A stretch of 64,000 bases of DNA from positions 13,020,001-13,084,000 of the forward strand of contig CM022666.1 of assembly GCA_012295275.1 (NCBI GenBank), written 5' to 3'. The notes beneath the pieces are model-generated. The model was not told the origin of the DNA. It saw only the letters and a program-made list of their open reading frames with translations, and did no database searches. Below are positions 29,001 through 42,100 of the stretch, piece after piece (the stretch's first letter is position 1; every line of letters begins with the position of its first letter). This DNA comes from Chrysomallon squamiferum (lineage: Eukaryota > Animalia > Mollusca). A program made the position numbers and the translations under genes.

Positions 29001-32000
29001 ATAAACCTAGCTCTCTGAATTAAGCAAGTGAAGACAACAAAATCTGAGTAGTTATGAATTCCTGACATTTTTCTTCCCCCTTGATTATAAATGCGTAGAT
29101 AAAAAATGCTGATTTATCTAGTTAACAAATGTGATTTTTTCCTTTCTTCTTTCCAGCCTCCACGTACTGCACACCCTGTTGTTAGGTTTTCATGTTCCCC
29201 CTGTGATCCAATTGTGATAGAGAATTTACCATTTGACAAATATGAACTGGAACCGTCACCTTTGACCCAGTACATTTTGGAACGACGCCAACCAAATTCT
29301 TGCTGGCAGGTAACCATTTTAACTTGAAGCGTTTCACAATTTTAAATTTTGATCAAATGCAGAATTTTCTTTGATACAGAGTCAAAAATGCTTTCAGGTG
29401 GAAAGGGTCAGAAACTCCGTGACCATGTTACTGGTGGTATTGAGGATTTTACTAGTACTTTCAGATATTAATCTTAAATTGCTGTATTCAACCAGTCTGT
29501 AAAAAGTATAAATTTTAAATTTTAATCTGTCTATAACAGAATGATCATAAAAATGTGCAGTGGAAGAAATAGGAAATGCTGATCATTGAACCCTTAATAT
29601 TTGATAACTGAGAAGGGAGATAAGTCTGTACATGAACCATAGTTAGATATTTAAAATGATAAAATGGTATAAACAGAACTGTATCTTTTAGAGCACCTGA
29701 GAATGACAGTTAAAACCATCCAAACAATTGAAAATATCTACTTTATTCGTAACTACTCAATTTCAGAATTCATGTTTGTGGTGTTTATTTATTATTCTCA
29801 ATTTTTTTTTTTTTTTAAATTAAATTTCTGTGTTTTAAAACACCAGATAATGAAAAGTAACTTAAGCATATACATTTTTATCCATTTGTACAACTTTAAT
29901 AATTTGGTCTTAACTACCTAAACTGAGATTTGTCATGGCCTTTTTTTTTTTATTATTCTTTTTTTTTTTTTTTTAATAAAATTCTGCTTTTTATTGATAA
30001 ATTTTAAATAAATAACATTTTTGTTTCAGTGTAGTCTTGGTTTTTACTTTCAGGTTTTTATTGGCAATAGTGCTAAATACAGTGACATATGCCATCCATT
30101 TGGCTATCTCAAAGCCAGCAGTGCTCTTTCATGTGTCAACCTGTTTGTGATGCCATACAACTTCCCAATCCTTCTACCATTACTAGGTGAGTTGAAGACT
30201 TTCTATTCAGTAAAACAACAAACGTTTAGAAATAAACTTTAACAAAATGAGACATAGTGGACAGTTAAAATACAAAATTTACATCTGAAGTGATCAAAGT
30301 ATGCATTAAGTAGTTCCTAGTTAGTCCTATGGATTCATAAACAACAAACGTTGACAAATATAGTCTGATTACAAGGTGATTCATGGGAATTTGCCCAGAA
30401 TGAAAAATAAGCTACTTACAAATTTTAGATATGTCAAAACGTTTTTTAAGTATCTGTGTATAAAACAAATTTAAAACAGTTACAGGTTTGTGTTGATGTC
30501 TTTATCATTAGCATCTTCTTGTAGCCATTCACAAATACAATAATTACTGGAAATATTCAAATGTTGTTAGCTTTTGTCACAATGCTACATTCTTGAATTG
30601 GATGGTATTAATAACATTATACAATCAGACAACAAAAAAACAACAATGGAATTTTGTTTCACAGGCAGAAATTAAATTTAAAAAGCACAAGTTACTCATT
30701 TATCATTCTCAGTGTTTCGGTTTTATCTTTTTTATCTTTTAATTCGTGTGACCAAAACTGAAATTTTTATATATTTTTTTTTTTTTAAATGTATCCCCCA
30801 CCCCTCTTTCCCTGCTTCTTTGACAATTGGTTCCATTTCTATATTCAGCATGAACCTCTGTCGCCATTCTGTGATCATGTGACCTCAAGTCGAATGACGC
30901 AGGAATCAAGGCGATGGACGCAGGGTCAGCTCACACGTGAGACATTTATTTTAGAAATGTCGTATGGGTTGCAGATTGTTTAGTGTTGCTATAGTAACCA
31001 TAATACACTGTGTCCACTTTTCTAAATCTTCGTTATAAATTTCGCAAATCATTTCTAAGTCATTTCAAGAATTTTTGTTATAAATATTATTTTAAAAGTT
31101 ACATACGAATAATGTTTCCATAGTAACTTTATGGAAAAATACTGGTTAATCATTATCTACATTATTCCAAAAAGATGTGCAGTAATTTTAATTTGTGTTC
31201 AAGTAATTTCTTATATAAATATGATCTGTCTTTGTTTTGTTTTTTTTGTTTTTTTTCTTCTATCTAAACTCTTGAGAACCTGTAGGGACAGCCATAGTGG
31301 TTATTATTTTTTATTTTCTTAGTATCTCACTTCATCTGTGACAGTATATTATGACAATCTCTATCTTATCTCTTTCAGTACTGTGCCTGAGTATTGTTTT
31401 ATTTTTATTGTATTTGAAATATTTGTCACTTGAAGAATCAGTTACAAAACATATCTTACTTAAAATATCTGAAATGAATGATTATATAATTGTAATAGGT
31501 TTTTTATTTATTAATGTTCAAATAATATATATTCAGGACTTGAAGTAATAGCTGTATGCAAAAATAATAGACATTTTTTTAAACACTGATATGTCAAATC
31601 TTTTTTAAGGTTGTTTTTTTATTACTTTAATGAAACATTGCAGATAAGAATCAGCCAGATATTTTACAAATCAGCTTTTATTACTGTCAGTGAGCTAGAT
31701 AAAATCTAATACACGTTATTTAACTCTGGGATTATTATTATTAATTTTTTATTATTTTTTTAATGATTTGCTTGCAGGTAATCCAAATGCAATATTAATA
31801 TTCCTTTAGTTTTTATTATTATTATTTTTTTTTTTTTTTTCCAAAGAAATGGAATCACTGGATATTTTCATTTCTATAACAATATATGATTATTTAAAAA
31901 AAAATTATATTATATTATGTGTTTGTTGGATTTTTTATATTCATAATTTTTTTTTTTTTTAATCTTTTTTTTATTTTTTTTTTTTTTAATGTTACACAAA

Positions 32001-33065
32001 TAAGTATTCAGTCAGTCATTCTGAGTTTATTTCTTAAATGGTTTTAGAAATAATGTTACCATAGTAATGAAATAATAATACTGATTCCACTTAATGATTA
32101 TTTAATCTGAATTTGCAGTATTATTTCTACATAATTCCAGAAATATACACTACAGTTTTGATCTGTTTGAATATTTTACTATATAAATATGATCCCTTCT
32201 TTTTCTATTTCTTCTGCAATAATGTAGACATTATACTGGTTGATGTTAAAATTATTTTTATTTAAAATTGGAAATGGTTTATAACTTAAGATGCATACAA
32301 AAATACATCAATATCAAAAGGGTCCTTTTTTCTTATTACTAACCTTATTTATTTGTTTATTTTTTTTTATTTTTATTTTTTATTTTTATTTTTTTGTAAA
32401 AATGTTTTTTTACATTTATTTATTTTTGCTAAGTTCTAATGGCAAACATTTCTTTATTATCTCAGGCAAATACAAAAACACAAAAAGCTATTAAAAACAT
32501 ATAGGTTTTTAATATGGATATGTGCGTTTGTATCAATAAATACAAAAGCAGTACATTAAGTTTTAACACTTCTTGATTCAGAAATTAAAACATTTTCTTA
32601 AATTTTGTAGCAACAGTCTGACTGGAATTTTATTTTACGAATAATTAGGTTTCTTTTTATTTTATTTTGTTTTTTCAGAGGAACTGTTTAAAGTTCACAA
32701 GTTAAAACCAACTCTGAAGTGGAGACAGCAGTTTGAAAATTATCTCAAAACAATGCCAGGTTATTATGCTGGGGTATGTGTCACTTGATTCATCTACCAG
32801 AAACTTCATTTATATATATTACATATACAGAGAGAGAGAGAGAGTGAGTGAGTGAGTGATACACAGTAGTTTACATGAATTACAGACAAAATAATAACTT
32901 TGATTAATTAGTAGTGGAGCAGTGGTTGTAATGGGAAATAAGCCCACAGAGTATTACTCAATATCTCATTTAACTACAGTGATGAGTTTTATAAACCTAG
33001 CTCTCTGAGAAAAACAGACTGAAGACAAAATAAAACTGAGTAGTTAAAGTGGAAATGCATATATA

Positions 33066-33104
<39 letters not shown>

Positions 33105-36100
33105 TCATTATTATTCTTTAATACTGTCAGCTACATAGTTAGCTGCCCTGAATAATGTAAACCATTGATTTATTTATAAAAAAATATATTATTTTTTATT
33201 TATTTTTATTTTAATTTTAATTTTCATCCTTTTTTTTTTAAATTTTGTTGTTTAATGTAAGTTTTAATGTTTAATTTATTATATACAGCTGTTCAGGTTA
33301 GCACTGGCCATTGCTGTATTTTCAGTTTTTACTTTTGTTATTATTATTTTTACTATTATTATTTTTATTTTCAGCCATTGAGAAGAGCGCTGGCAAGAAT
33401 GGGTGCATCAAACCTAGTCCCTGACAACATGGACAACTGCCTCAGCTACAGTGTCATCACCTACCTGAAAAAACTGAAGAACCAGGTACGTCTATTGTCA
33501 CCTGTGATAGGCAGTGTGTAAAGGTGTTTAAAAACCCACCAGAATTAACTTTCAGAAAAGTTGACAGCTTCATCATTAACCTGCTATTCTGTTTTCACAC
33601 TATATTCTGAGGCATTTTACGAAATAGTGTTTATTCACTAATATTAGGTGATTAAGCCCTTTTTACTAATATTAGCTGATTAAGCCCTTTTAAGCATTAT
33701 ACAGTATAATACATTTTTTTATTACTTTTTAATTACTATTTAACAGTGTATAAGTAAATTTTAAACAAAAAATAAACGTCAAATGCAGATGTACATAGAT
33801 AAGTTATTTAAAAAAAGAAAAAGAAAAAGAAAAAAGTTCAGTGTTAACCACAATGACGACAATTATATACCCAGCTCGCTTAAGCCAAAGGCACTGAAGA
33901 GAAAAAAATCTGAGTGGTTATTTTTAGTAACTGCTAGCACATGAAATAATAAATGTACATTTAATTAAATGCAGCCAGTGAGTCAGCAGAAAACTAATAA
34001 ATTGCAAACAAGAATTAAAATCTTGCCAGATAATTTTGTATGTAGTAGTATCAATCAAATTAAAAAAAAAATATTTATAAAAGTGATTGCTGTTTGCTGT
34101 AGATTTATGTCAGAATTGAAAAGTTTGAATTTACAGAGCAGAGCCTCCATTAAAAGGGTAGTCTGAATCATAATTGTTTATTTAAACTATTTTATTATTT
34201 GCAATAAGTGTGTGTCTGTGCGTGTGTGTTGCTTGAAATGTATTAAACCTCTCACTGACAGTAGGAATTGTGATTTAGTGTGAAAAATCTCAAGAACAGT
34301 AGATCACAGAAGGCAAATTGTGACCTTTTCTTATTTAATAGATGTACTGTAACTGATACAGGTAATTTCAGAATGCAAGACTATTACACTGATATAAAGT
34401 TAGAGATTTGCACCACAAGTACTCCACAAATTGTTTTTAATCCATTATACTGCTCTGCAGTGTCTTTAAAATTTGAATGCAGAAATGGAAAGTAAAATTG
34501 CTAATTTCCATAATAAATTTGTTTAGTTTTAAAATATACAGTATTGACCAAAGTGATGACATTCATACACCCAGCTCGCTTGGAGCCTAATGGCAGTGAA
34601 GAGAGAAAAATCTGACTGGTCAATTACAACCACTGAAAATGTAAAGTGGTTCTAACATTAGTTACTAAATGTCTTTCAGTAAGGTTTTGAAGTATGTGGG
34701 ACACATTTATCAGTTTTTAGTGGTCTTTTTGGTGATTGATTTATTATGGTTTTTTACACATAAATATTTTACATTTTGCTGTTGTCAGACTTGTTTATTT
34801 TTCCTATGTCCAAGTTATTATCGCCCAAAATTTATTTTTAGTTCTTTATAATGATGTCCAGTCAAATCACTCTTCAGATTTTTAACTCATTACCTAAACT
34901 ATTAGATGGGCTAGTTAACTTCAGTTTAGAAAAATACTTAGTATTAGTTATCAGTAAAACTTCAGTTATCAGTAAAACTTCAGTTATCAGTAGATTGTGT
35001 CAGTAACAGGATCTGATTCTAGTACTGTTGATCTGTTGTTCTTATGTGTTTTTTTTGATCATTATGATGACATTTATACATCCAGCTCGCTTGGAGCTTA
35101 ATGCAGTGAAGAGAAAAAAATCTGAATGATCTGTTGAAATCAAAGTTATTTCAACTGCAGAGATTAAATTTCCTTATTTTTAGTAACTGTTAGCACATGA
35201 AATAATAAATGTACATTTAATTAAATGCAGCCAGTGAGTCAGCAGAAAACTAATAAATTGCAAACAAGAATTAAAATCTTGCCAGATAGTTTTGTATGCA
35301 GCAGTATCAATCAAATTAAAAATATATTATAAGAGTGATTATGTTTGCTGTAGATTTGTCAGAATTGAAAAGTTTGAATTTACAGGGCAGAGCCTTATTA
35401 AAAGGGAAGTCTGAATCATAATTGTTTATTTACTTAAACTATTTTGTTAATTGCAATAATTCTGTGTGTGTGTGTTACTTGATCAGAGTTGGAATTGTGA
35501 TCTAGTGTGAAAAATTTGAACTAAAGTTAAAGTAGATGACAGAAGGCAAAATATGAGCTTTTCAGATTTAATAGATGTACTGTAACTGATAAAGTGGTAG
35601 ATACAGGGAAATCAAAATGATACTGAAGATAATCTCAGAATTCAAGACAATTACACTGATATAACGTTAGAGATTTGCACCACAAAACTCCACAGATTGT
35701 TTTTAATCCATTATACTGCTCTGCAGTGTCCTTAAAATTTGTATGCAGAAATGGAAGGTAAAATTGCTAATTTCCATAATAAATTTGTTTAGTTTTAAAA
35801 TATCCAGTATTGACCAAAGTGATGACATTCATACACCCAGCTCACTTGGAGCCTAATGGCAGTGAAGAGAGAAAAATCTGACTGGTCAATTACAACCACT
35901 GAAAATGTAAAATGGTTCTAACATTAGTTACTAAATGTCTTTCAGTAAGGTTTTGAAGTATGTGGGACACATTTATCAGTTTTTAGTGGTCTTTTTGGTG
36001 ATTGATTTATTATTTTTCAGACTCTTGTTTATTTTTCCTATGTCCAAGTTATTATCTCCCAAAATTTATTTTTAGTTCTTTATAATGATGTCCAGTCAAA

Positions 36101-39100
36101 TCACTCTTCAGATTTTTAACTCATTACCTAAAATATTAGATGGGCTAGTTAACTTCAGTTTAGAAAATTATTTAGTATTAGTTATCAGTAAAACTTCAGT
36201 TATCAGTAGATTGTGTCAGTAACAGGATCTGATTCTAGTACTGTTGATCTGTTGTTCTTGTGGGGTTTTTTTGATCATTATGATGACATTTATACACCCA
36301 GCTCGCTTGGAGCTTAATGCAGTGAAGAGAAAAAAATCTGAATGATCTGTTGAAATCAAAGTTATTTCAACTGCAGAGATTAAATTTCCTTATTTTTAGT
36401 AACTGCTAGCACATGAAATAATAAATGTACATTTAATTAAATGCAGCCAGTGAGTCAGCAGAAAACTAATAAATTGCAAACAAGAATTAAAATCTTGCCA
36501 GATAGTTTTGTATGTAGCAGTATCAATCAAATTAAAAATATATTATAAGAGTGATTATGTTTGCTGTAGATTTGTCAGAATTGAAAAGTTTGAATTTACA
36601 GGGCAGAGCCTTATTAAAAGGGAAGTCTGAATCATAATTGTTTATTTACTTAAACTGTTTTGTTAATTGCAATAATTCTGTGTGTGTGTGTTACTTGATC
36701 AGAGTTGGAATTGTGATCTAGTGTGAAAAATTTGAACTAAAGTTAAAGTAAATGACAGAAGGCAAAATATGAGCGTTTCAGATTTAATAGATGTACTGTA
36801 ACTGATAAAGTGGTAGATACAGGGAAATCAAAATGATACTGAAGATAATTTCAGAATGCAAGACTATTACACTGATATAAATTTAGAGATTTGCACCACA
36901 AGTACTCCACAAATTGTTTTTAATCCATTATACTGCTCTGCAGTGTCCTTAAAATTTGTATGCAGAAATGGAAGGTAAAATTGCTAATTTCCATAATAAA
37001 TTTTTTTAGTTTTAAAATATCCAGTATTGACCAAAGTGATGACATTCATACACCCAGCTCACTTGGAGCCTAATGGCAGTGAAGAGAGAAAAATCTGACT
37101 GGTCAATTACAACCACTGAAAATGTAAAATGGTTCTAACATTAGTTACTAAATGTCTTTCAGTAAGGTTTTGAAGTATGTGGGACATATTTATCAGTTTT
37201 TAGTGGTCTTTTTGGTGATTGATTTATTATTTTTCAGACTCTTGTTTATTTTTCCTATGTCCAAGTTATTATCTCCCAAAATTTATTTTTAGTTCTTTAT
37301 AATGATGTCCAGTCAAATCACTCTTCAGATTTTTAACTCATTACCTAAAATATTAGATGGGCTAGTTAACTTCAGTTTAGAAAATTATTTAGTATTAGTT
37401 ATCAGTAAAACTTCAGTTATCAGTAGATTGTGTCAGTAACAGGATCTGATTCTAGTACTGTTGATCTGTTGTTCTTGTGGGTTTTTTTTGATCATTATGA
37501 TGACATTTATACACCCAGCTCGCTTGGAGCTTAATGCAGTGAAGAGAAAAAAATCTGAATGATCTGTTGAAATAAAAGTTATTTCAACTGCAGATTAAAT
37601 TTCCTTATTTGCTGTTTCAGTTATGGCTGCCATAACCTTTTACATGATCGGTTTCTGTAGTAACTTTCTGCTGCTGTTAAAACACGTTTTAATCATTTAT
37701 TTATTTATCTATTTGTTTCATTTTTATTTTTTATTATTATAATTTGTTGTTTTTTAATTAACTATTGTTGATACTTAGATAGTTAGATACCACTTAGGAA
37801 ATAAATATGTATACTTCATGACTTATGTAGGTGTATCATTCTGTGGATCCCAATATAGGTCAAAATGTGTATTAGTGCATACTCCATTTATTTAATAATA
37901 TATCTTTTATTTACTTTACACTCACTGAGTATTGTTATGACAAATGCATTGTTTAATTTAAAAACTAAGCCATGAAATCACTACGTGACTTTAACCAGTG
38001 TTCATGTTAAACTTGCTTTTATTTAGAAGTTGGTACATGAGTGAGAAAATGTATATTTAGATCCTGTTAGTTTTATATTCATCTTTTATCATCTGTAATT
38101 AAGTATTAAGATTACCAATATTTAATTGTAAAATTATTACTGGATCATTTTCTAGTGAAGAATGGTAAAATAATTATTATATAATGAATTTATTTTAATG
38201 ACCATGGTGATGACATTCATACACCCAGCTCGCTTGGAGCCTAAAGGCAGTGAAGAGAGAAAAATCTGAATGGTCATCCATTCCCCACATAAAAATGTAT
38301 AAATTCTGTAAATATTAATGCTGCACAAAGTAATTTTACACATAATAACTGAAATAAGAATTGTGAAAAAAAGTCTGAACTTAAATGTTTGGAAAAAAAG
38401 TCATCACTGAAAAGATTTTAACTATTTGAAAGAACCAGTTTTAATGGTCCTTAACATGTGACCTGCATTTTGAATAGAAGGTTGCTTGATTTTTGTAATT
38501 TTGTGAGTACGGTTGCAAACATGCTTGGTTTTTACATTTATATTTATGGAAAGTTTGAAGCAAATACAATTAACCTCTTTAATTTGGTGTTTACAAAAGA
38601 AACCCTCCAACTGCACTTTTATTATTATTTATTTATATAGCTTTTTCCGTCAAATTTGATATTCATGGTCACATTTAATTTGGTTACAATTCAAGAATCT
38701 ATTATTTGCTTGTGTCACTAATTTTTATTTAGAAGACCTTGGAACTGACATTTCTGTGCTAGTTCTTATCCAGAGCCAGTTATGGATATATTAAATTATT
38801 ATACCTTATTTTCTGTCTAACCAGCAAAACATTGTGTTAGGTACAACATTAAGAATTTAATAGTAGCCTAAACAAAATGTTTTGTGCATGCTGATGATCA
38901 GGATAGGTTTGGTGGTGATGTTGAATTTAACATTAATATTTCCACTTACAAACCTTTAGACCTTTGGCTTGCATTATGTATGTCAAAATTTTAATTATTA
39001 TTGACCATGGTGATGACATTCATACACCCAGCTCGCTTGGAGCCTAATGGCAGTGAAGAGAGAAAAATCTGAATGGTTGATTAATTAAATTAGAATGTAT

Positions 39101-42100
39101 ATTAATTAGGTGATGACTGGTTATTTCTGGTTGCACATTGTGTTAATGAGTGCGTATGTGCTTAATGACTCATTTCATAGCTTCATTTTTTTTTTTTTTT
39201 TTTTTTTTTTTAGTAGAGATTTGATTTTTGATTTTTTCTTCAAGTTTCTTGCAGTGATTTGTAGTTTTCCAGTATGGTTTTGAAGTACTTGGGACGTATT
39301 TATCAGTTCTTTTTGGTGACTGATTTATTAACATTGTTTTACATACTCATTTACATATTTTTTGTTTCAGCAGATTTGTTTCAAATGCCAGCAATTTATA
39401 CTTTTGTCTAGAACATCCCATAAATTTTTGTTTCCTTATAAAGACCACAGTGATGACATTTATACACCCAGCTCGCTTGGAGCCTAAAGGCAGTGAAGAG
39501 AAAAAAATCTGAGTGGCCAAGATTGTACTGCATTTCCACAACCATTGTCTTAAAACTTATTTTTGCTAAATTTTACCAGTTCTTTTGTAACATTTTAATT
39601 TTAGTTTTTAACAACCCACTTAAAACACTTAGGTTGAGAAATGAATGAAAATTGTTTTTTGTTTTTCCAGGCTAAAATAGAAATGGACAGACTGATAGCA
39701 TCAGTTGGTCAGATACCTCCACCTAATGAAGGAATAAAAGTTGATTCCAGGTATGAATATATTTGTGATGGTGGGAAGTGGGTACAAATAGGACAAGAGA
39801 TATTTAGTTAAAAGATTTATGGTGATCTATTACTTAATTTTGAAAATATTTAATTATATGTTTGCTTGTATTTCAAATATCTGTTTTGCTGTCTTCAGGA
39901 TTTAAGAATCGTCTTTGTGAAACTTTTTATTCTTAATAAAGTATTGCCTTCTACACTGAATTGTATACATATTATTACACAATTGTTATAATATCTTCCT
40001 TAGAATCTGATTAATGTTTTCACAACAAAAAAAGTATTTTTAATGTTACTAATTTTCAAACTTTTAAAAAATGTTTAAATAATATTATTCACTTACAGGA
40101 ATACATTACATGGTTATTTCCTCTTTTTTTTAACAGAAGCACTACATCATTTTTAGAGAGAAAAGACTTCAATCAGCTGATGAAAAACATGGGTAGCAAT
40201 ATGTCTTGTCTGAAACAAGAACTCAAAGAATTCAACTCGTTTACGATAGCTGTCCCAGACAAAGAAATAAAACCACAGTACTACAGGTAACATACCACTC
40301 TGTTAAATATAGAAGTCAGTTTTCAAGATTTTCTCTAATCATTTAGCTATTGCAGTATTTGTTCATAAATGTATTTGTTTTGTTATGGTTTGTTAGTATT
40401 AATTTCATTTTTTAAAGAAGTAAAATTGTAAATATATTTATTTGTTCTTGTTTTTGAAAATCAGGATTTCTATTTTACTTTACTTTACTTGACTTTACAT
40501 TTGTAATGAAGTATAAAGTTACTCATCCAAATATTTCATAGTAAAATTCTTTCTGGATCATTTTCTAGTGAAGAATGGTAAAATAATTATTATATAATTA
40601 ATTTATTTTAATAACCAAAGTGATGACAGTGGATGTTTTGTGCATGTTGATGATCATATTAGGTTTGGTGGTGATGTTGAATTTAAGATCTACTTACCAA
40701 CCTTTAGATCTTTGGCTTAAATTATGTATATCAAAATTTTAATTATTGTTGACCATGGTGATGACATTCATACACCCAGCTCGCTTGGAGCCTGGAAAAA
40801 TGGCAGTGAAGAGAGAAAAATCTGAATGGTCATCTAGTACCAGTTTCTTTTTTCTTTTATTTTTTGTTCCCCACATAAAGAAAGTATACATTTTATAAAC
40901 ATTAATGCTTCCCAAATAAATTTTACACATAATATTGTGATAAAAGTCTGAACTTGGAAAGACTTTAACACTATTTGAAGGAACTGGTTTTAAAGCACAT
41001 TAGTATGTGACCTGCATTTTGAATAGAAAATTGCTGTATTTTCATAATTTTATGGATGTAGTTGCAAGCATCCTTAGTTTTACATTGAAAGCCTACCTCA
41101 CCTCATCTCACCTTACCTCACCTCACCTCATCTCCACTGACCGTACCGTACCTTACCTTACTTCATCTTACTTTACTTTACATTACATTACATTACATTA
41201 CCTTACCCACCTCACCTCATCTCACCTGACCTTACCTTACCTTACCGTACCATACCTTACTTCATCTTACTTTCCTTACATTTCATTACCTTACCTTACT
41301 TTACTTTACTTTACATTTCATTACCTTACTTTACCTTACTTTACCTTACCTGTACCTTTACCTTTTGCGTATACAGAAACCCCTACGATATTCCTCGGAC
41401 AAGCCTGCTAGATCAGATAACAAGAATGAGAATGAATTTTCTCCAGAGTTCTTACTCCAACACTAAAGTTGTTGATGAAGGTAAGTTTATTTTTTGTTTG
41501 TATTTTTTATTCAGGCCATTATACTATCAGTTATTAAAGTAACGATAAGATCATAAATTATTTCAAGCCGTTTACTATGACAATTTTTATAAAGTAATCT
41601 AAACACTAGCATTCAATACAGACATTGTTAAACTGTAAAACAAAAATAGAAGAATAAAAGATGATGAGGATGATGATGGTATTTATAATTCAATGAATGA
41701 AATAATGGAATTATAAAAATTGAATCCACAAGTTGTTAACAAATAGGTTTTGCAGATATATATTTTCTTGTGTTAACAGTGAAACCACGGTGATGAGAAA
41801 TATACGCAATGAGCTAATACCTCTGAAGAAAACTAAATATCTGAGTGGCAACTGAAACTTATGAAACATTTAAAAATAATTTATCTATACTTCAAAGTGA
41901 AAAATACAGAATAGTTACAATATGCAAAATGGCTTTAATTCAGCCAACAGCATACAATTTTAAATGTTCATTATCCTGGTGGTTATGTTCAAGTCCATGA
42001 GGAGGATCAATCCTGTATAGGGCCACCAGAGGGCTTTTTCCCATTCCAAACAGCTTGTTAAAGTTTTTTTGTTGTTCTTTCCCATCTGTGGGAAGTTATT

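Larger units (their letters stand above)
33921..37610 (+). repeat. Tandem triplication of a ~1.22-1.26 kb unit, each unit carrying two snoRNAs
   Basis: TTTTTAGTAACTG(C/T)TAGCACATGAAATAATAAATG starts units at about 33921, 35177 and 36393. Units 2 and 3 are nearly identical. Confidence 0.95.

Noticed and set aside
34595-34615. TGAAGAGAAA-like segment of the snoRNA copies as a guide to U5 snRNA (UUUCUCUUCA)
   Set aside because: It overlaps the C' box, varies among copies, and is not positioned for the D+5 rule.
38152-38343. Recurrent minus-strand ORFs containing LPLGSKRAGC (also 39347, 40739, 44055)
   Set aside because: They are antisense translations of the snoRNA copies.
41007-41411. 134-aa ORF rich in LTLPY
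   Set aside because: It is a translation of the pentamer repeat; the true exon 41377-41480 is in another frame.
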